The notes beneath the pieces are model-generated. The model searched no databases, was not told where the DNA came from, and saw only the letters and a list, made by a program, of their open reading frames with translations. Made by a program: the position numbers and the translations under genes. Shown here piece after piece: positions 59,283-64,000 of a stretch of 64,000 nt of DNA. Source of the stretch: Amphiscolops sp. MND2022 (taxonomy: Eukaryota); contig OZ076410.1 of the NCBI GenBank assembly GCA_964187785.1, positions 85,994,001 to 86,058,000 on the forward strand, given 5' to 3'. Every line of letters starts with the position of its first letter. The first letter of the stretch is position 1.

Positions 59283-60882
59283 CAAAGTGCCCATCTTTTA
59301 ACAGTTTTTGAATATCTGCATCCACTTGATATTGCAATTGCATCGGAATTCTTCTGCCTTTTTGTTGTGTAGTGCGCGCAATTTCTTTTATTCCGATTTT
59401 TATTTCGTAATTTTTGACACGACCTTTCCTGTTGAACAATTTTGCTGGATTTCGGGACGAAGTTTGTCTTCGAGATAACGCTCTTCTTCCGACTTGACGT
59501 TCTTTTATGGATTTATCACAGTACATGACTTGGTTACTGTCCTCGCACTCACATCTTTCTATTGGCTGCTTTACTTGGTAGCGTAGAGCAATTAGCCAAT
59601 CATCATGTCCGGTTATTAACTTTGCAGTATTCGGTGCTAAAAATACTATCGCCTCCGATAGCGTCACGCCTGCATTTTGAAGTCTCACAAATTGATATAC
59701 CAATAGTTTCAAGGGCCTCTTGCTGTAGTCAACGTATTATTCAAGTTCAATAATTTGTCTAATTACCACTATTTGTTCGGCAACAAAGTTCTGCAGATAT
59801 CTTTTTGTAAACAGTGAAACGGGTTATCCCGTGTCGACGATCGCCTTGAACTATTTGTCGCACAGCATCCCTTCCATTTAAAACAGTTTGCTCCCCTTCC
59901 TTTCGACTTTCGACTCGTAGTACTACTTGCTCCTCAGTATCTGGTGGTCATCAGTAGCCTTTTCCTCGAATTCTTCAATAGAGTTTACTTTTTGCATTCT
60001 TTGGGCATTGTCGCTGGCCTTCAGCCGCTGAACCATTTCTTTTTGTGGTTGAGGAAACTCCTCCTAACTGCAAATCTCCAGATGTTCCACGATCCTGCAG
60101 TGTTTGCATCAGTAGTTTGTTGTTCGACAGATCGTTACACTGTTTCATTGTAGAGTTGGCTTCCACTCATCCGAAACATTCCAAGGATTTAATCTTTTCA
60201 AATGCAAAGAACCGTTCACTCCTATTGTTCGATTTTTACGATTCTGGCTTTTGCGATCCGTAGGCAATTTGACCCTTAAACTCCTCTTCTAATGCGATTG
60301 CAAACTCTAGTGCTCTCGGGTTCTTCAGGTTCCGTGCATGAGTAAAACACCGTGTCTAAAACCAATGTCTTTGTAATGTCCCCAAAGTCGCTGTGACTGC
60401 TAGTCCGGTAAGAAAAAACCAAAACTGGAGGAGCCATTCCCCAGGTTCTTGCATTCTGGCTAAAAGTCTGTGCTGGCCTATCTTTCCTTTTTGTAGGAAG
60501 CATTCGTTGCGCATGTCTCATAATTCTTCAGCTTTCAAATCCCTAACTATTCGTATGAGGTTATCTATCTGTTAATTGATTTCTGGTTGCTTCGTCCAAA
60601 GACGGATACATCCTTTCAACAACTGTTTGTTTGCAGGATTTTCGTGCGTGTCCCCCAAAAGAGGTTGCACCCAGGGATTCTGCTCATTGGCGACTCTTGT
60701 CAACTCCGTGATAATGATTGAATATTTCGCCCCTATGGCCACTTGAGTTAGGTATAATAATTTGTATCATTCCGGTGTCGGGTTAGCATCATGCAAGAAG
60801 ACTGACAGTGCCACAAGATGTGACAGAGAGAATAGAGAAATTGTATATGCTGAAGTTTCGGACCATGTCGCTCCTAGCGCCA
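59283..60882 (-). pseudogene. Decayed Gypsy gag-protease-RT start
   Basis: QEPGEWLLQFWFFLTGLA..DFG and ALEFAIALEE gag remnants; QQKGRRIPMQLQYQVDADIQKLLKDGH at the RT start; PBS-like TGGCGCTAGGAG at 60871-60882. Confidence 0.85.
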
Positions 60883-61075
60883 TGTTGCAGGATACCAATG
60901 ATTAACAAAGTTTAGAAGATGAATTGCGAAATGATATAGTACGTATAAAAAACGCGGCATATTAGCAAATGAATAAATGCTGACAACTGGGCTTAGTTTA
61001 GACCTCTCACAGGTATCTAAGTAAACCTTCAATTGTTCAACTAACGGTACACAAGTTCATCATTTCTCTACAACA
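60883..61075 (-). repeat. 5' LTR (193 bp)
   Basis: TGTTG...CAACA termini; a PBS-like TGGCGCTAGGAG follows on the minus strand. Confidence 0.8.
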
Positions 61076-61483
61076 AAGTAGTTCTCCAAAAAACCGTTTA
61101 GAACTTTCATATGAGAATGGTTTTATTTTACCAAATCCAAAAAGGTATAAATGATGCGGTTTTCAACAATTTGCAGACAAAAACAGAATTTACAACTGAA
61201 AGAATCCAGTTTTACGAATATGTCTGCCACGATGGTTCGCGTAAGCAAATTGTGTATGTCCCAAAATAGCGTCCGTGCCTAAAAATGTGAGGCAGTACCC
61301 ACGAAAACCTACAAAATTGCGCGTTTAATTTGGGTTTAACTTCATTGATGTTACTCTGAAAACTCGCCAAATTGTATTGAAATCCTAAAAAATACCTGAA
61401 GAAATAGAGGCATCGCTTCAAAGTTTTGATCCTAAAAACCACAAAGTTTGAGCTGTTTCAACTAGGGTAATTCTCAATGATGA

Positions 61484-61712
61484 TGTTGTAGTCTCTCAAT
61501 GACAAGTCAAGGAAGCTATTTGTTGAGCAATACTGTATTAGAATAAGACCCTTTGGCAAAGGTTTTGCTCTTGAGTAGACTCTTTCACAGTTATGTTTGT
61601 AAATAATATGTATGATGTTTTTAATATGTATTTACAACTTATTCATTTTAATTAATTAACTGTTCTTTTTGTGAAGTTCAGTTCCTCAGAGAGTCATGGT
61701 CACTCTCTCACA
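61484..61712 (-). repeat. 3' LTR (229 bp) with polypurine tract
   Basis: Minus strand GTTGAGGGGA|TGTGAGAG...CTACAACA; PPT complement at 61713-61722. Confidence 0.85.
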
Positions 61713-64000
61713 TCCCCTCAACTAATGGAGAAGTTGAACTGCACAACCTGGGGTAAGTGTAAGGTTAATAGGTAGGTCTGTTATTTAACTTTGGAGACTA
61801 ATTAGTCGTCCGGCATTTCATCGCTGTAGTAATGAAGGTGGTGAGTGTATACATTACACCTTGTAACTTCACAGTAAACTCAAATGTAATTAAGTTTACT
61901 GAATTAAATTACTTCAACATAAATCTGCATGTAAATACATTCAGTGTTTGAGTGAGTTTGTTTGATTTGGTTTTTTCTTGATTTCACTGCGAGCCTTCAT
62001 TTCTGGAAATCATGACATTCTGCCCTTAGAAGTCTGTCTTGGTCGCTGTCGCTCTCCTCGTCGGTTGGCTCTTGTTTCTTGTTTTCATGTTTAATGGTGT
62101 CGCGTCTTGGTGGAAGTTCCTCTCGTTGTGGCGATTCCGTTTGGTTTGCCACTTCCTCTGTTTCTGTGTTCTCTTCTTCCCTTTTTCCTGTTTGATCCAA
62201 TGTTCGTTGTTTTGTTTTGTTTTGTTGTTGTGAATTCTTCTTCATCACTTGCTACTTCCTGGGTTGTTGTCATGTTTTTTCTGGTTCGGTTTAGCTTGTT
62301 CCGTTTGTCCTTTATTTGTTTTTGTTTTCTTCACGCCTTCTCCTTCAGCTTCTCTAATGCTGCTTTTATTTGTTTATTCTGCTCGTCTCCTCTTTATCTA
62401 TCGTGATTGGTTGTTCTGGCGGAAACTGCCAATCTCTTTGACTGATTCATCAGTCTCATTTCTGTCTTCGCTTCTGGCCGTTCGTGGCTGTTCTTCGTTA
62501 TTGTATTCTTCGCTGCGGCTTGCCAATAGTCGGCGGTCCGCTTCTGAGCAGCAAGGCTGGTTCTTGCCTTCTGTTCGGCCGATATCTTTTTTGAGAGAAT
62601 TGTTGGTTTTGTATTCCAGCTCTGAATAAATTTCCAGCACAGCAGGAAAGATATGGTGTGGTAGGTCTGTTCAAGAAGGGCCCCTTTCGCTTTTTACAGG
62701 CGCCTTTTAGTTTGCCTCCTCGTGTTCTTTCTCGTAACAGAACAATTGAATCTTGCTTCGCTTCAAAATCCGCTTCTGTCAGCTTGAAGTCTGCAGGCTC
62801 TGAAATAAACTTATCACGGTTGATAACTAATCTTTTTATCGTGTTCGACTCTTTGCCCGTTCTTTCCTCGTATGGCTAGTTTCCGTTTTTCGTCGTTCAC
62901 TTTCGAAGAGCGAATAAAATTTAAAATTAAAATGAAAGCTCTGAGTTATCTCTCGTTACCACTATTTTCACATTTGTCATCAAGCGTTCGTTAATAGTTC
63001 TTATTAGACGTTTTCCCGTTGCCCCTGTGGTCTCTAATTGCGCATTCTATATGTTTGATAAGTCTCTTTTTATAAAGTTCTTTGAACCGTTTACTTCGGA
63101 AGTTTGTTGCTGTTTGATCAGTTTTATTGCTTGGGGTATTCCGCTATATAATTTTTGAAGAACTTCCTTACGTTATCTGTTGTGGGTTTCCTTAGATAGG
63201 TCGCTTCCGGCCACCCCGAAAAATAATCGAAAGACACTAGAAGACATTTCTTTGCATTAATTGCGTTCTGAATTGGTCCTGCGTAGTCAATGGCTATTTC
63301 TCGGTTACTTTTTTCACACTCCGGGAGTTTACCGATTTGTTTTTGATTTATAAAGTTTTGATGTTCTCACCTGATTCACGGCATTGTGGACAAGAGCGGG
63401 CAATGGCTAAGACTTCGTTGCTTACTATCGCTAACATCACGTCTCTTCCCGGTAGACCATAAAGGTGGGAATGCATTATAATGGGCCGTAATGTTTTTGA
63501 GATGACAAGTCTTGCATCCGTTCAAATGAAGTCATGTTGGGTGAGTCTTAAACAACGGAGATTTTCACGCCAAATCGTGTGGAGGCGGTTGATTTTCGTG
63601 CTATCAGCCATTTTTTATTAGGTGTAATAATTTCTGGAAGACTTCATTGGTCTCGTATTGCGATGCCAAGGTAAACTTTCCGAGGGTTTGTAGTACCTCG
63701 ATTTGGTTTACGAAGTAGCAAACCGGCGTTTTGTTTGGTGCCTGATCGTCCATTCGCATTTATTCTTCGCTCATTTGGTCACTGTTTTTCGCGTCTGAAT
63801 TTGACTCGCTTAATTGGGACGTCTGAATAATTGCCGCTATCTGTTTAATTGGTTGTTTGTTTGCTTTTGTTACATCACTCTCGCTTGCCTGCGCGTGGTT
63901 ACCTTGCCGTTTGCTCGCACTTGTCAGCTTTGCTCCTATTGGTTGCTTATGCTTTTGCTGTGACTTCTCATTTTCTGAACCAAATTTATCAGGTTTTGTC
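61484..64000 (-). mobile_element. 3' half of a decayed Gypsy element (integrase and acidic tail); continues beyond the window end
   Basis: ARSCPQCRESG, EIAIDYAGP, VSFDYFSGWPEA, KTDQTATNF, RDHRGNGK, RLIRTINERL with many stops; PPT and LTR downstream. Confidence 0.88.

Noticed and set aside
62039-62629. Plus-strand F/L/V-rich ORFs that look like membrane proteins
   Set aside because: Reverse complement of the A-rich, E/K/Q-coding integrase tail.

Overview
AT-rich eukaryotic, most likely invertebrate-animal, genomic DNA that is almost entirely a nested pile of decayed transposable elements, with one 175-N assembly gap (32829-33003). No prokaryotic genes, rRNA or CRISPR were seen. Support for an animal host: a PBS matching the 3' end of metazoan tRNA-Ser, a CR1/L2-type LINE and short GT-AG introns. 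The families resemble ones I associate with acoel worm genomes, but that is unverified recollection. Main content: (1) a nearly intact minus-strand Ty3/Gypsy element (1-4800) with LTR, PBS and gag-PR-RT-RH-IN; (2) an eroded tyrosine recombinase gene missed by the ORF track (~10.65-11.8 kb); (3) a 1.8-kb hAT element with TIRs, an 8-bp TSD and an internal 127-bp tandem array; (4) a CR1/L2 LINE 3' end; (5) three divergent copies of a large Gypsy family carrying an env-like glycoprotein gene and conserved accessory ORFs (19.4-22.2, 22.2-31.8, 35.5-39 kb); (6) an orphan open frame of about 329 codons after the gap, cut by a repeat insertion; (7) two families of Helentron/DINE-1-like non-autonomous elements that insert without a TSD; (8) tandemly duplicated host-like exons (39.5-45.3 kb); (9) a decayed, apparently spliced BED-finger/hAT-like gene lying antisense to a Gypsy integrase remnant (45.9-53.6 kb); (10) further decayed Gypsy pieces with LTR, PBS and PPT at 56.6-64 kb. 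All family assignments come from manual translation and motif recognition; no database search was run.
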